Shown here: positions 43,150 to 58,171 of the stretch, piece after piece
Numbering within the stretch: the stretch's first letter is position 1
Layout of the letters: every line of letters starts with the position of its first letter
NCBI GenBank assembly: GCA_964016885.1
Contig: OZ024757.1
Coordinates: 38,130,001-38,194,000 of the forward strand
Length of the DNA: 64,000 bases
Reading direction: 5' to 3'
Origin: Eledone cirrhosa
Lineage: Eukaryota
Notes under the pieces: generated by a model
The model's input: only the letters and a program-made list of their open reading frames with translations
What the model was told of the DNA's origin: nothing
Databases searched by the model: none
Position numbers and translations under genes: made by a program

Positions 43150-44530
43150 ATCCAGTATCAGGATTATGGTAGACCTCAATACGTTAACACTTTATTATAT
43201 CAGCGAGGTCAGTTTGAAATGAAACCATGGAAAAATCTCTCTAGATTTTCATCACATTTATTCTCACCAATATTTATCTATTTGTTGCATCCTGGTCTAG
43301 TGACGCCTCATTGAAAGGTGACATGTATTGTACGATGGAAGGTATCTTTTCGTATTAGGAGAAAATGTATTTACAGCATTTAGTTTTTGTGTATAGTCTA
43401 ATCTACACCAGCTGTTCGTATAATTAAATTCACCTCGCTATTTCCAGCTGCTCTTAACAGCTTGTAGATTCACTGAGAATTTTACTTTCAATAGAGTTGC
43501 ATCGTTTCCAAGGAAATATTTTTATCTTCCTTACGCATATCGCCATTAAAATGCCATTAAATTTCCAACGGTCTTTGAGAACCCTTTGAAAAATGAAATA
43601 ATGTTTAACATCACAAGATTAGTTTACGATTTATGTTCTGAATTATATTTTATCGAGAGGTTTTGTATGATGCTTTTGGTGTAAAATAATCTTCTGCTCT
43701 TGCCCACGTTTGTCATTTGGCTGCCATTGTCAACTTGTGGAAGTAGATCCATTGCACAAAATCCTCGGAGTACGTCCACTTCTTCATCACATTCGCCTTC
43801 TTCAACTTTTTCTTCCTCTTCTTCGCCTTTTTCTTCACCCACTTCTTCATCTCCGACTTCTTCTTTTTCTTCTTTTCTTCTTCTTCTATAACTTCTTCTT
43901 CTTCTTCTATGACTTCTTTTTCATTTTCTTTTTCTTCTTCTTTCAAGGCATAATATATCTAAGGTTAAGAGTCTATTCTACAATGTGTCATCAATTTTAA
44001 TGTATTAAGAGTAAGATATTTTAGTATTTCAAACAAGTTTTTCTTCGAAGTTCTCGGTATTAAACTGTTTGAGTATGTATAGTTTTTGAACAAGGGCTAC
44101 CAGAAGAATTCATTCCGTTGTGTGATAACAGAATTTACCCATCTGGTATAATGGTCATTTTAAACAAGCATAACAAATGTTGTTATATTTAGGTTGAAGA
44201 TTATTTGGTAATACATTTGAACATGAGAATTCCTGAGAAAAGTAGTGTTATAATATATTTATGTATTATACAATTAATGTTTTTACATGTGGTGGACGTG
44301 TGATCCTACCAAATATATTAAGTTAGCTAAAATGTGTTTGGACAGGGGGTTATTCTGAGATATAGAAGCTTACATATCCACCACCAAAATATGTTTGTTT
44401 TTTTTCATTATAACAAGTTGTTTTCTCTATCTGTCATATTTGAGGAAATGCTGCTTGAGAGATACAATAACTATCTACTGTTGCTATGTCAGTGTTTTTA
44501 GGCAAAAAAGCACCGCCACATGTTACTTAA
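43150..44530 (-). pseudogene. possible decayed innexin-like gene with an acidic loop
   Basis: Collinear remnants TVDSYCISQAAF, HYTRWV..Q...FFW*P, KYFL...GEF, LPSYNTC..MQQID, RINVMKI, IFPWFHF; many stops and frameshifts. Confidence 0.35.
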
Positions 44531-44884
44531 TATGAGAAAGACACATGAAAAAAAAGATACATAATTCTAGATAAAATATACAGGAATAGAAAACTTGTGT
44601 GGCTGCGTAAAGTGTTTATAATATGATATATAAAATTGGTTGGCATCAGAAGCAAAATCTCTTGGAATAGTGAGCTCTAATTAATCAACAGACAGACCTA
44701 AACATACCATAACGTGATCTGCATATTAATATATAGCGAGAGCAATGTGAGACATAGATGTTGATAAAGAATGATAGAGAAAGGAGAGGAGGGATGGATG
44801 GAGGGAGGTAGTAAATAATGGGAGATATAAAGGGAGAAAATGATTAATAATAAAGAGGTAAATAGATAGTTAGATAGATGGAGG

Positions 44885-45051
<167 letters not shown>

Positions 45052-45802
45052 AGTGATGTGAGATATAAAGGTAGAGATGGATTGAAAGAGTGATGTAAGA
45101 TAGAGAGGTAGAAATATAAGGATAGAGGTATATATTGATAGACAGGCAGTGAAGTTATATATATATATATATATAAAGAGAGAGAGAGAGATGTGATATA
45201 TATATATATATATAGAGAGAGAAAAAAATATATATACAGAGAGAGGGGGGGGGGGGCTGAGAAAGAAAATGATGTGAGATACACAGGTAGATACGTCGAG
45301 GGAGAGGGTGATCTGAGATAGTGAGGTAGAAATATATAGAAGTATGCTTATATATGCATACATATATATATTTATATATACATATACCCATAGATAGATA
45401 AATAAAGGTATGTATATACAAAGATAGAGTGAAAGAGACACAGTCATAAATATAACAACGTCGATTGAGCATGAGATGGTAAAGAAATATCAAAGTATTC
45501 TACTTTCACTTTCACTTTCATTGTTGTTAGTTTCTTTTTCCTTACGTCACAATAAATAATCTAGTGTTGACTAGTTGATGGCCAGTTATAGTTACCGTCT
45601 AGTGAGAAAGCAACGTTATTTGATTTATTTCTATCTATCAAACATGTACAATGCATAGATATAATACGATTTTATATACGTGTGTTTGTATGTATATATA
45701 TATATATAGATATATATATATGTGTGTATGTATATATTTATGTATGTATGTATGTATATATTTATGTATGTATGTATGTATATATTTATGTATGTATGTA
45801 TG

Positions 45803-45834
<32 letters not shown>

Positions 45835-47119
45835 CGTGTGCATGTAAGTATGTATATATATATATATAAAAACATATATATATAAACATATATATATAAA
45901 CATATATATATATATAAATATATATATATATAAATATATATAAATATATATATATATAAATATATATATATATAAATATATATATATATAAATATATATA
46001 TATAAACATATATATGTATAAACATATATATATATAAACGTATATATATATATAAACATATATAAACATATATATATAAACATATATATATAAACATATA
46101 TATATATACATACACACACATACATACACAGACGCGTGAGTGTCCATGTATGTATATCATGTAGAGAGAAAGGGAGAGAGAGGAACACATCTAACGAGAG
46201 ATTTAAAGAAGTAAAGTGCTATGATGCAAATACGTTCAGGCATTTATGGATAAATATACACATCACAATAAACACATCACAATAAACACAATGGAAACAT
46301 ACTGATGTTTGTATATATCTCTATATATATATATATGTATAATATATATATATATGACGTGTGTGTTTCTTTGTGCTTATGCCTGGATGTGCATGTGTTT
46401 CTATGTATATATGTAAGTATGTGTTTGAGGGTAACTCATTATATGTGTGTGTATGTATGTAAGTATCCATATATATATATATATATACATATATATGTGT
46501 GTGTGTGAGTATGTCTCTAAGTATATATATTGATATATGAGTGTTTCTGTATATTTGTATCTGAGTGTATATGTGTTTCTATGTAAATGAGTGTATATAT
46601 ATATATATATATAATGTGTGTGTGTGTTTGTGTATTTATGTATGTAAATAAATGTGTGAGGCTGACTGTCTATATATGTGAGTATGTATGCCTCTAAGTG
46701 TATATATATGTTTATATAAGTGTTTCTCTATGTGTATATCTGTATGTGTTTCTCTATGTGTATATATGTATGTGGTTCTATGCATATATCTGAGTGTGCT
46801 TGTATATATAGATAAATATCTGTGTGCATGTGTTTCTCTCTATATATATGTGTGTGTGTTTATGTGATTCTCTATATATATATATATACATGTGTCTGTG
46901 CGTCTGTATACGAAGAGAGTGATAGAGAGAGAGAGAGAGTCAGTGGAAACATCATATAATGAAGCCGTCAAAGAGGCAGATACATATTTATGTATACAGA
47001 AAAATATGCGAATATTAAAAGAGACATGTGAGGAAATTACATTTATTTATTTAAACACGATAACAGGCATATCCACATTGAAACGGACAATCTATATGTA
47101 TGTCGGGGTTAAACATTTT

Positions 47120-47156
<37 letters not shown>

Positions 47157-47431
47157 TAGCAAAATTATATTAAAGATGTCATGTCTGAAAATATCAGAAA
47201 CATGCGCCATATCAACTGTAGAATAAGCTCAAATATTCCAAGTAATAAATCCGAGCATTTATTAACATTAAATTAAAAGTCGAATGACATATATATAAAA
47301 TAAATACCAAAACATTACAGGGGATAATTTGTAAAGAGTGTAAACACACATATTTACGGGGCTAACATATTAAAAAATTAACAAGAACTTTGAATATAGA
47401 TAACTTGCAATGATGATTAATTATTGTTGCA

Positions 47432-47626
47432 AGGGCGATGGATTGGCACTATTGGAAGAGGGTCTGACACCATGCTTTGCAGCAAAGAATTGCGGCCTTT
47501 TATGGTCTGAGATCAAATCTTGCCGAGGTTAACTTTATTTTTCATACTTACGGGGGTCGATAAAATAAAGTACCAGTAATGCACTGAGGTAATTGCTGGC
47601 CTTCTGCCAAAAGTAGAAACAATTAT
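47432..47626 (+). mobile_element. SINE family A
   Basis: Full length, flanked by AATTATTGT. Confidence 0.9.
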
Positions 47627-47639
47627 TGTAAGCTATCTG

Positions 47640-48100
47640 TATTCATGCTTCTTAAAATAATGTGAATGTCTCCTGGTGATAAGATAGTGAAATTGATCTC
47701 TGACGTCGAGATATCCATTATCTCACATTGCTCTGCTCATCGAAGCTAATGAAAATTAGCTGTACCTGCACTTGAAATAGTCAGAAAGGCCACTTTGATT
47801 GCTATTATATTCATTAGTGCACTTTTGGCTTCCATTTTGTTTTTATTTCGAGTCTTTCCAACGTCACAGTGTTACTTATATACCCAATCAACATAATTCC
47901 AGATGTGTATCTACATATTGTTTAAAATTCTGCTATTAGAAAGTTGATTTTCTGCCTTTTCTTAATCATGTTGGCGTGTTTAATAGTAATTATGTCTCCT
48001 GTATTTTATTACATAATAATAGCAGCTTGTTTTACTACACGGTATCTTGTTTTAGTAAAACTTAATTATTTGTTTAACGCTTCTACACTGGTTGACTCTC
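47640..48100 (-). mobile_element. old degenerate PLE reverse transcriptase fragment
   Basis: DIITIKHA..KAENQLSN resembles the PLE IIIKPADK..EAERQLSD segment; heavily decayed. Confidence 0.35.
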
Positions 48101-48466
48101 TAGATATCCTGGATCTGGTTTTTGATTACCTCATTTAAATATTGTTTTGATAAATGTCTTCTGTCTACTGGTTAGTGTTTTTAAAATCTCAATCTATTTA
48201 CTTTACATACAGCATTGTTATTTTCTAATTTATATCGAATATCTCTCGATCATGGTTCCTTCCCTTACGTTACTTATGTTGATCTGGTTATTTCTAATGT
48301 TGTTTCATCATTGCTGTCTTTATATACTGCTTAAATTTCTGACAATGTTTTATAAACTAATTAATTCTTGCGTAAATCCCAAAACGCATTGTATAAGTAC
48401 GTTATATTCCCTGTTTATCTTGCAAAATGGAGATATTTCTATGTGACTGGGGCATAGACCCACAGA

Positions 48467-48499
<33 letters not shown>

Positions 48500-48869
48500 C
48501 ACATATATATTAAACAACACAGTTTCTATCTTCCAGTAAAGAGTTGCAGAATATTTTGAAGGAAAAATAAATGAAATATATTTAAGAATAATTATTTTAA
48601 GATATCTTATAGGGATTCCATGTGTTCAATATAATTAAGAATGAGAAAATGTTTTTTAATATTAAATTTATTTAGTGATAATATTAGACTTCTTCGTTGT
48701 TTACAGAAATAACGGATTCAAATTCAATTAAATCTTATACAGAGTTATGACAGTTGAGTTTAAACTTTTTTTTTCATTTCGATGGAATACATTTGTTTAC
48801 ATTCTAATAACATTTCTGTTCTCAGCAATTAAATGACTATAGGAATGTATAATCTCCATCAACATTGTT

Positions 48870-49800
48870 TTTACGTCCGATTGTGTGTCCATTTTCCCAC
48901 GCTTGCATGGGATGGATGGGTCCTTTCCAGCACAGCATCTCTCCATACGCCACCTTCATTCGTCATTTTCTCTGTGAATTTCAGTAATTTGAGATCAGCC
49001 CCCCATCACACTTACCCAGGACTTCTTTGGTCTACCTCTAATGCGGCTTCCTTTCACTGGGATTTCCTGGCATTTTATTCACTCGGTGATCATTATCAGT
49101 GGTGTACTCGGTCTAAAAATATTGGTTGCTTGGAGATGTAGGGGGCCCACCTACATATAGAATGCTATCATTTAATTTTTATAATGAATGAATTAAATTT
49201 TCAAAAAGTAAATAAGTGCAAACAAAACAGTGAAATCACATTTTTCGCAGAAAAATATCTTACCTTCTCCAATGAAATATATTACGAATTTTGCGAAATT
49301 CACATCTTTTTAACTTTGATTTTGAAAGTAGGTTTATAATTATTTATTTTCGTTATACTTTTGTAGCTGTCTCGGCGGACTAGTTGGAGGAATCCAAAAT
49401 GGTAGTGATCCTGGTCTGATATTCGATCCTGGTCGGGAGTAGGGTTCCCGGTAAACCTTTTCATTTTTTTCTATGGGATTTAAAATAAAACCGAAAAAAG
49501 CTTAGATATACCTCTTGACCAAGGTTGAACCCAAGACCCAGAACACCACCGTCTCTTCTACCTACGGCTAGGCCACTGAGACAACTACGAAAATCTTGTG
49601 AAAATTCATACTTATAAACATACTTTCAAAATGTTCAAAACAAAATGATGGCAACCTGGCCAGTCCACCACTGATTAACATCCATACCCCTCACATGCCC
49701 ATACTAACGCAGTCTTCTCTCTAGGGCACCATCTTGGGTTCTTATGAATCCCAGTTTCTTCCGCGGATCTCCTCTCTAGGTTTGAATACAGCAGATTTCT
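48870..49800 (-). mobile_element. RTE LINE 3' end split by the MITE at 49097-49673
   Basis: RRLR*YGHV on the right part; RGRPK motif and RTE-type 3' tail (CCATGCAAGC..GGACGTAAAA) on the left part. Confidence 0.7.
49097..49673. mobile_element. hAT-like MITE carrying two convergent tRNA-like units (copy 2)
   Basis: TIRs CAGTGGTGTACTCGG / CCAGTCCACCACTG; internal fold-back 49320-49632; TSD only 5/8 conserved. Confidence 0.65.
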
Positions 49801-50143
49801 TTCAGAGAAGGATAGATATTGAGAGCGAGTGGAAGTGAGAATTATGTATAAAGGCAGAATCAACCCCAATGATAGCCTGGTCTTTGTTTAATCAACCTTG
49901 AATGGATTAGAGACAATGTTGAGTCGGGCGGGATTTGATTTCAGAGATCAGAGGGCTGAAACGAATAACGTAATGCATTCTATCCGACGTTCTAAAGATT
50001 CTGTCAATTCGCAGCTTTGTTTGATAGTATAGACCAGTGATTCGCAACGTAAGGCGCATGTCCCACAGGGGGGGGGGGGGCAATTTGAAAAAACGTTAAT
50101 GAGAGCTAACTTCAGATTCTACCTTATTATTTTTACACCAAGA

Positions 50144-50340
50144 TTGGCAATATCAGTGGATTGGCAGTATCGGTAGAGGGTCAGACGCCATGCTTTGACG
50201 CATAGAGTTACGGCCCTTACCATTCTGAGTTCAAATCCCGCCGAGGTTAACTTTGCCTTTCATCCTCACGGGGTCGATAAAATAAAGTACCAGTAATGCA
50301 CTGGGTGATCGCTGTCGTGTGGCAAAAGTAGAAACAATTA
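50144..50340 (+). mobile_element. SINE family A nested in the MITE
   Basis: 18-bp TSD ATTATTTT(T/C)ACACCAAGA. Confidence 0.9.
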
Positions 50341-50424
50341 TTTTCACACCAAGACAAATGTGGAACAAATATGGTCGCCAAATCATGTCTCAAATCCTCC
50401 ACAGATTATTGGGCAGCTGGCATC

Positions 50425-50671
50425 AGACATACACCTATTTATATACACTTTGTCGTTCATCATCGTTTTATTTATATCAAAGTGGGAGACATACACCTAT
50501 TTATATACACTTTGTCGTTCATCACCGCTTTATTTATATCAAAGTGGGAGACATACACCTATTTATATACACTGTGTCGTTCATCATCGCTTTATTTATA
50601 TCAAAGTGGGAGACATACACCGATTTATATACACTTTGTCGTTCATCATCGTTTTATTTATATCAAAGTGG
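50425..50671. repeat. 4 x 62-bp tandem repeat
   Basis: Units start at 50425, 50487, 50549 and 50611. Confidence 0.95.
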
Positions 50672-51274
50672 AGCATACAAATGTTTGAGATGTTTAGGTG
50701 GGGCATGGCGTACAACACGTTGGGAACCTCTGCTATAGACCTATATAAATGCTAACTAGATGGAATATTCACGGATGGATTACATTTTCATTGAAAAAGG
50801 TACTCTGTCAATCTTGGTTGTTTCTACAGTATCGGAAAACGACATCAAACGTTATAAGTTAGCTACATCCAAATAATCAACACAGAAAAGTACTGGATGA
50901 ATTTTAGCTGAAGTACCTTAGCAGTAGTAGTAGCAGTAGTAGTAGTAGCAGTAAATATATTTTGAAAAAAAAATGTTTTTAAATGTCGAATTATTAAATC
51001 CGCCTCCTATATCAATCCCAACACTTACCTAAACAACTTTTTTATTTGGTTATATATTAATACAGGAAGTTAAATATACTGAAACATCGAAGTGTAAAAC
51101 GTTGATATATTTTTCTTCTTTCGATGTTATTAAATATGAACAAAAGTAATTTTTCGAGCAACTTTTAACGTATTAAAATATTGAAATTTTGATATTTCAT
51201 TGAGGACAATTCTCATTTTTCAAAACAGTTGCTTTTCTCATCATGCGAACAACGTCCATTATAAGAAGATGGGA

Positions 51275-51500
51275 GGGCGGTGGATTGGCAGTATCAGTAG
51301 AGGGTCGGATGCTATGCTTTGCAGCATAGAGTTACGGCCCTTACCATTCTGAGTTCAAATCCCGCCAAGGTTAACTTTGCCTTTCATCCTTATGGAGTCG
51401 ATAAAATAAAGTACCAGTCACGCACTGGTGTCGATTTAATCGACTTTATCCTCCCCCTCCCCCATATTACTGGCCTTGTGCCTATATAAGAAACCATTAT
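51275..51500 (+). mobile_element. SINE family A, long form
   Basis: 18-bp TSD CCATTATAAGAAGATGGG. Confidence 0.92.
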
Positions 51501-51963
51501 AAGAAGATGGGTCTACGTTAAATACTCATACATCGTTGATAACAGTATCGATGTATGTCTATGAGGTTGGCAGAGTTGAATGGCGGAAAGCATACGAAGT
51601 AATATGTATGTGAATAGAGATTGAAATATGCTGACACATAAAGTTAGCATATTGTAAAGTGCGTAAAAGTGTACGTACAATCATATACGTATATACGTGA
51701 AGACAACAAACACTCGCACGCACGCGCACGCACACACACACACACACGCGCGCATGCGCACGCACGCACGCACGCACGCGCACACGCACACACTCTGACA
51801 CACACACACACTGACACGCACACACACACACACACATACTGACACACATGCTGACACACACACACACACATACTGACACACAAACACACACATACATACA
51901 CACACAACATATAACAAAGAGAGTGTTGTAAAAAACCAGGTGGACCATAATGCACCAGAGTAC

Positions 51964-52240
51964 TCGATAAAATAAAGTACCAGTAATACACTGTGGTAAT
52001 TGCTGGCCTTGTGCCAAAAGTAGTAACAATTATTTTTAGGTTAAATAAAGGGAGGTGGATTGGCAGGATCGGGAAAGGGTCAGACACCATGCTTTGCAGC
52101 ATAGTTATGGCCCTTTACGTTCTGAGTTAAAATCCCACTGAGGGTAGCTTTGCCTTTCATCCTTATGGCGTCGATAAAAAACGTACCAGTAATGCACTAG
52201 GGTAATTGCTGGCCTTGTGCCAAAAGTAGAAAGATTTATT
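51964..52240 (+). mobile_element. SINE family A tail plus a full copy
   Basis: Family core and tail. Confidence 0.85.
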
Positions 52241-53014
52241 TTAGGTAAAATATTTCATGTAATTTCCAAGTTATGCTAAACGTTTCAATATTATGTGGCC
52301 TTTCCATCCTTCCTTTCTTCCACGTTATTCTAAGTAATATTTTCAATATATACGGCACCTATGTTAACGACCAGTTATTTTCCTCCCTGTTTAGTTTATA
52401 TATTCAAGCAAATCCCGATTCTCAGTTATAATTATTTCTAAGCCTTATCTAATAAAATTGTTCAGTATTGCCCTAAGTGTAATATGTAACCGTTTCTCCC
52501 ACATATAAGTAGCTGCTAACATATATTTAATAGATTAGCTATATTATCCAAGCGGACGTTATTTAATTCATTCTGGAAAATTGACTTCATTACGCTCCCA
52601 GTTTTCATTTATTTTATTTATTTATAGTTGTTTCCAAACTTTATATTCAATTGCCAATTTGGAGTGTTATCATTATACGCCCTGAAAACATCTTGTTTCC
52701 TGCCACCAAATAGAATACTTGAAGCCAGTTATAGATAAGTGTTGTATCGTACTTGTATAGGCTTCATATGTAATATGAGGCTTGGTAAAATCATCTTTAT
52801 GCTAGAATGGGTATCAAAAAGATTGGAGGTGACAAACTGTATCATTAGAAAAAAATTACACTTTAGTAATAAAGACATTCATATTTTTCATGAATACCAG
52901 GCAGATTCTTCCCCAGTTTCCCTTCCTGATATATGCAGGGTGACTTTCAAGGGCTCGACTATTCATCACGATGTGCGATATAGAATATATATTGTAAAAC
53001 AGAGAGTTACTCCA

Positions 53015-53270
53015 TGTACTCCGAATTGAGAGATCACAGCTCCGACGCTATGGATATGTGGTTAGAATATCTCACCAAAACATCACTGGTCAGATCTTAC
53101 AGGCAAAACCAATCGGCAAGAAACTCATGGGTAGACCCTGAGTAAGATGGTTGGATAACATCCATGAGTTTGGCTGATCTCACTTGGGGATCCAGCCGCA
53201 TCAGCTGGAGATGTTTGCTTATTTGAGGACCCGCTGGAACGAATATTTGAGGATTCTGATCCACGACCTT
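53015..53270 (+). mobile_element. RTE LINE 3' fragment
   Basis: LRIERSQLRRYGYVVR...GRP*VRWLDNIHE. Confidence 0.75.
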
Positions 53271-53334
53271 ATCGGTAATGTGTGAAGACAACAATCTGTC
53301 GGTCGACTTTTACAACAATATAATTTTCCCATTC

Positions 53335-53680
53335 ACATTTCTGAGTTGAAATCCCGCCGATGTTAACTTTGCCTTTCATCCTCACGTGGTCGATAAAATA
53401 AAGTACCAGTAATGCACTGGGGTAATTGCTGGCCTTGTGCCACAAGCAGGAACAATTATTACTATTATTATTATGGCAGTATCGGTAGAATGTCGGACGC
53501 CATGCTTTGACGCATAGTCACGGCCCTTGCCATTCTGAGTTCAAATCCCGCCGAGGTTAACTTTGCCTTTCATCATTACGGTGTCGATAAAATAAAGTAC
53601 CAGTAATGCACTGGGTTTGATTTAATCGACTTTCGCCTCCCCCCCCAAATAGCTGGTCTTGTGCCTTTAGAAGAAACCAT
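53335..53680 (+). mobile_element. two tandem SINE family A copies
   Basis: Two cores separated by (ATT)n. Confidence 0.85.
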
Positions 53681-53741
53681 TGTGAGATATCTTGTCTGAT
53701 GACCTTGCGATAATTAATCTAAACTCTAGAATATAATAACA

Positions 53742-53795
<54 letters not shown>

Positions 53796-54277
53796 AATTA
53801 GAAATTGGTATGTTTATCAACTGGAAATAAATCATACATGCAACTAGTTAATTTAAACTGGAAAGTTAATTGTGCTTCCATATGAGTATGACAATACAAT
53901 ATTACGTTAAAATGTGTGCTGAATCATACTTCCTGGAACGTGTTAGAGAATTGACACAGTAAATTAAGAACAGCGGTATATATAGTTCATTCGACAATGG
54001 ATTTAGTTACCTATTCATTTATCAAGCTTTAAAGTATAGGCTGAGTATGAAATTTCAATAACCATCATTAACTGAAAATCATTGAATATTTCGCTGTTCA
54101 AAATTTCTATAACATGAAAATTAGTGTCCCGCTTACACATCCTATTCGATTTTCTATTGCTAGTATTTATGAGGATTCAATTGACGTCAAAAATTCAATA
54201 TTCATCAAGTAAAAGTTATTCCTGAGAGTGATTCTATATATGAAATAATTTTCTCTGTTTCAATGATTTTAGTCATA

Positions 54278-54420
54278 TACTTGCAGAATGACCCGGCGTT
54301 GCTCGGGATTCTAAACATAGATTGACATGTTTATCCCTCCTTTCTGAAACAGTACAGAGGAGTACGTATTACCTGACTACATCAGTCGTAAAACTAACAT
54401 AACTTATTTGTATTATATTG
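54278..54420 (+). mobile_element. possible Helentron/DINE-like non-autonomous element
   Basis: 5' motif TACTTGCAGAATGACCCGGCGTTGCTCGGG with a GC hairpin. Confidence 0.35.
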
Positions 54421-54421
54421 T

Positions 54422-54607
54422 AGGGCGGTGAGTTGGCAGTATCGGTAGGGGTTGGACGCCATGCTTTCAATCATAGTTTCGTCCCATTACGGTCTGAGTT
54501 CAAAACCCGTCGATGTTAACATTGCTTTCATCCTTACGGGGTCGATAAAATAAAGTTCCAGTAAAGCACTGGATAATTGCTGGCCTTGTGCCAAAAGTAG
54601 AAACATT
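54422..54607 (+). mobile_element. SINE family A
   Basis: Head, core and tail. Confidence 0.88.
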
Positions 54608-54867
54608 CTTAGCTTTGAGTGAACATGATGCTGCACAACATGTCGGCTTCAACATTATTATTTTATAATTATATGGAGAAACTACAATGCAATTGAATTA
54701 GCTGCAATAATCTTGTTAAAAAATAACACAAACATTCACAATACCTGACTATATGCCATGGAAAGGTTCCATAAAATATTCTATTATATCACCTATATTT
54801 CCCTTTCACGGTCTCTCTCTCTCTCTATATATAGTATGTCTGCATATATATATTGTGAATATATATA

Positions 54868-54901
<34 letters not shown>

Positions 54902-55484
54902 ACCTCTCCATCACTCTCTCGCTACCTCTCCATCCCTCCCTCTCTACCCCCTCCCTCCCTCTCTACCTCCCTCCCTCCCTCCCTCAACATGACGTTAGAT
55001 ATGTATATATATATTTGTGGATGTATTACGTGTGTATCAATCTATATCTTTGCCATAATATATTTGTATATATGCAGAGAGAGAGAGGGGAAAACAGTTG
55101 GATTATAATTATATGTCTATAATTCAGGTAGTCAATCCTATCTTATATATATATATATATATATATATTCCTTACTTCATCAGCCCTTGTCATGATCTAA
55201 ATATTTTGACAATTTTCTCTTCTTCATATATTTTTCCTATTATATTTGTAAAACTATTTCTAACTCTATGCATCTATTAATTAAATTATATAATTATATT
55301 TGTGATGTTGCTTCATTAATCTCTTTTTATTTTGCTTTATTTAGATTCTCATTAAATTTTCTAATTACCGAAGTTTTTAGTAATTAAAATGCCACACAAA
55401 ATTAGAACTATCTATCTATCTAGTAAACTAGCTATCTGTCATTCATTCGTATTCAATATCTCTTAATCTCATATTTTCTCACCA

Positions 55485-56645
<1,161 letters not shown>

Positions 56646-56858
56646 AATGATATAATCTTCTATTTTAAGACATAATATTCAAGAAGTAGTAATACCCACT
56701 GTACTTCATACAATTCTTTAAAACGAATGTAGCAAACGAAATAAGGATTAAAAAAGCTCAAAATTAATTAATTATGTGTTCCATCATTTCCAAACACACA
56801 CACAATCACACACACACACAATCACACACAATCACACACACACATATATATATATTTA

Positions 56859-56908
<50 letters not shown>

Positions 56909-58103
56909 TGTGTGTGTGTGTGTTTGTCACAAAAATGTATACACATATTGATACCTGTAGAGTTTTTATTCATTAGAATCCTGTTGAGGTGTGTATACAT
57001 TTTGTGGGAACACCCTATATATATATATATATATATACATTATATACATGCATTTACGCACTCCCTCACACAACCACCCACTCACACTCTCACACAACCA
57101 ACTTCCCACCTACCCACTCTCTCTCTCTCTCAACCATTCTCTCTCGCTTTTACTATAAACGTGTAAATGTCACATTGAATACACAAGGGCATTTTTCTAA
57201 AATAATTTTTCCCGTTCCTTTTAATTCTTAATTTCAATTTTTCTTACTTTGTGTTATTTCTCATTCTACCTTTTAATGAAGGACTAGTCTCCCAAAAGTT
57301 TTAAAAATTGTCTCTTATATTAAGCGACAAAGTTATATATTTCTTTATTTTACTGCGTCATGTGTCTTGTTGTTCCCATTTTCTTTTCAAACACACACAA
57401 ACGCAATTATATATACATGCCCATACATACATGAATATATATATATATACAGACAATTACATTTCTACGCTATATTTACACCAGAATAAGAATGAACTGT
57501 CTAGAACATTTAACATCAAAGTAAAAGATAAAGCATCGCCGCCTCTTTCAATCACATCACATCCAATCACCTCACGTCTATCGTTGATTTGAATATCTAA
57601 CAGCCAACGAAACTGCCTTGCTTGACAATTGAAAGGAATTCATTTCATTACAAATCCTCTCAATAACACTCCAAGAGCTAATCGGATTCTAACAGACCTA
57701 GCTACTCTCTTCGTCCGACGGAGAGGCTTCCCACCCAACTAGGGTTAGCTGGGACATATCTTCTCTCGGGGAAAATGGTTATAGCTTTCATTGTGGAAAA
57801 TCTTCCATTTTGCCTCATTTTTCCCCGTTCTAATGAGAAAGCCTCGTTGTGTTTGCTAGCTCTGCTCGACCTAGCAGCTAAATCATTTTCTTGAAATCAT
57901 ATATTATCGACCCCGTAAGGATGAAAGGCAAAGTTAACCTCGGCGCTAAAATGATGCTGTACAGTGCACGATGAAAACCAGATGTAAAACACGACGTCAA
58001 AACAGATAGATAGGGATCTTGAAAGATAGGGATCTTCATATATAAAAGATAGTTTCTATTATAGGCCTGCTCTATGAGTTGCTAACCTGAGTTTAAACCT
58101 CAC

Positions 58104-58171
58104 CAATAACATCAATACGTATACTAGAAACAAATATTATCAATATTATATCCTCAATACAATCGAAAATT
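58104..58171 (-). other. candidate 68-nt exon
   Basis: Very strong polypyrimidine tract plus TTTGTAG acceptor; GTGAGG donor. Confidence 0.35.

Larger units (their letters stand above)
50035..50732. mobile_element. hAT (Charlie-like) MITE with a nested SINE and a tandem array
   Basis: TIRs CAGTGATTCGCAAC / GTTGGGAACCTCTG; 8-bp TSD GTATAGAC / CTATAGAC. Confidence 0.8.

Noticed and set aside
50425-50671. CRISPR-like appearance of the 62-bp array (and of 38231-38558)
   Set aside because: Units are contiguous or have repeated linkers, with no unique spacers or cas genes; eukaryotic context.
53696-53720. CTGATGA core (also at 55177 and 10841)
   Set aside because: No correctly placed GAAA or stems.
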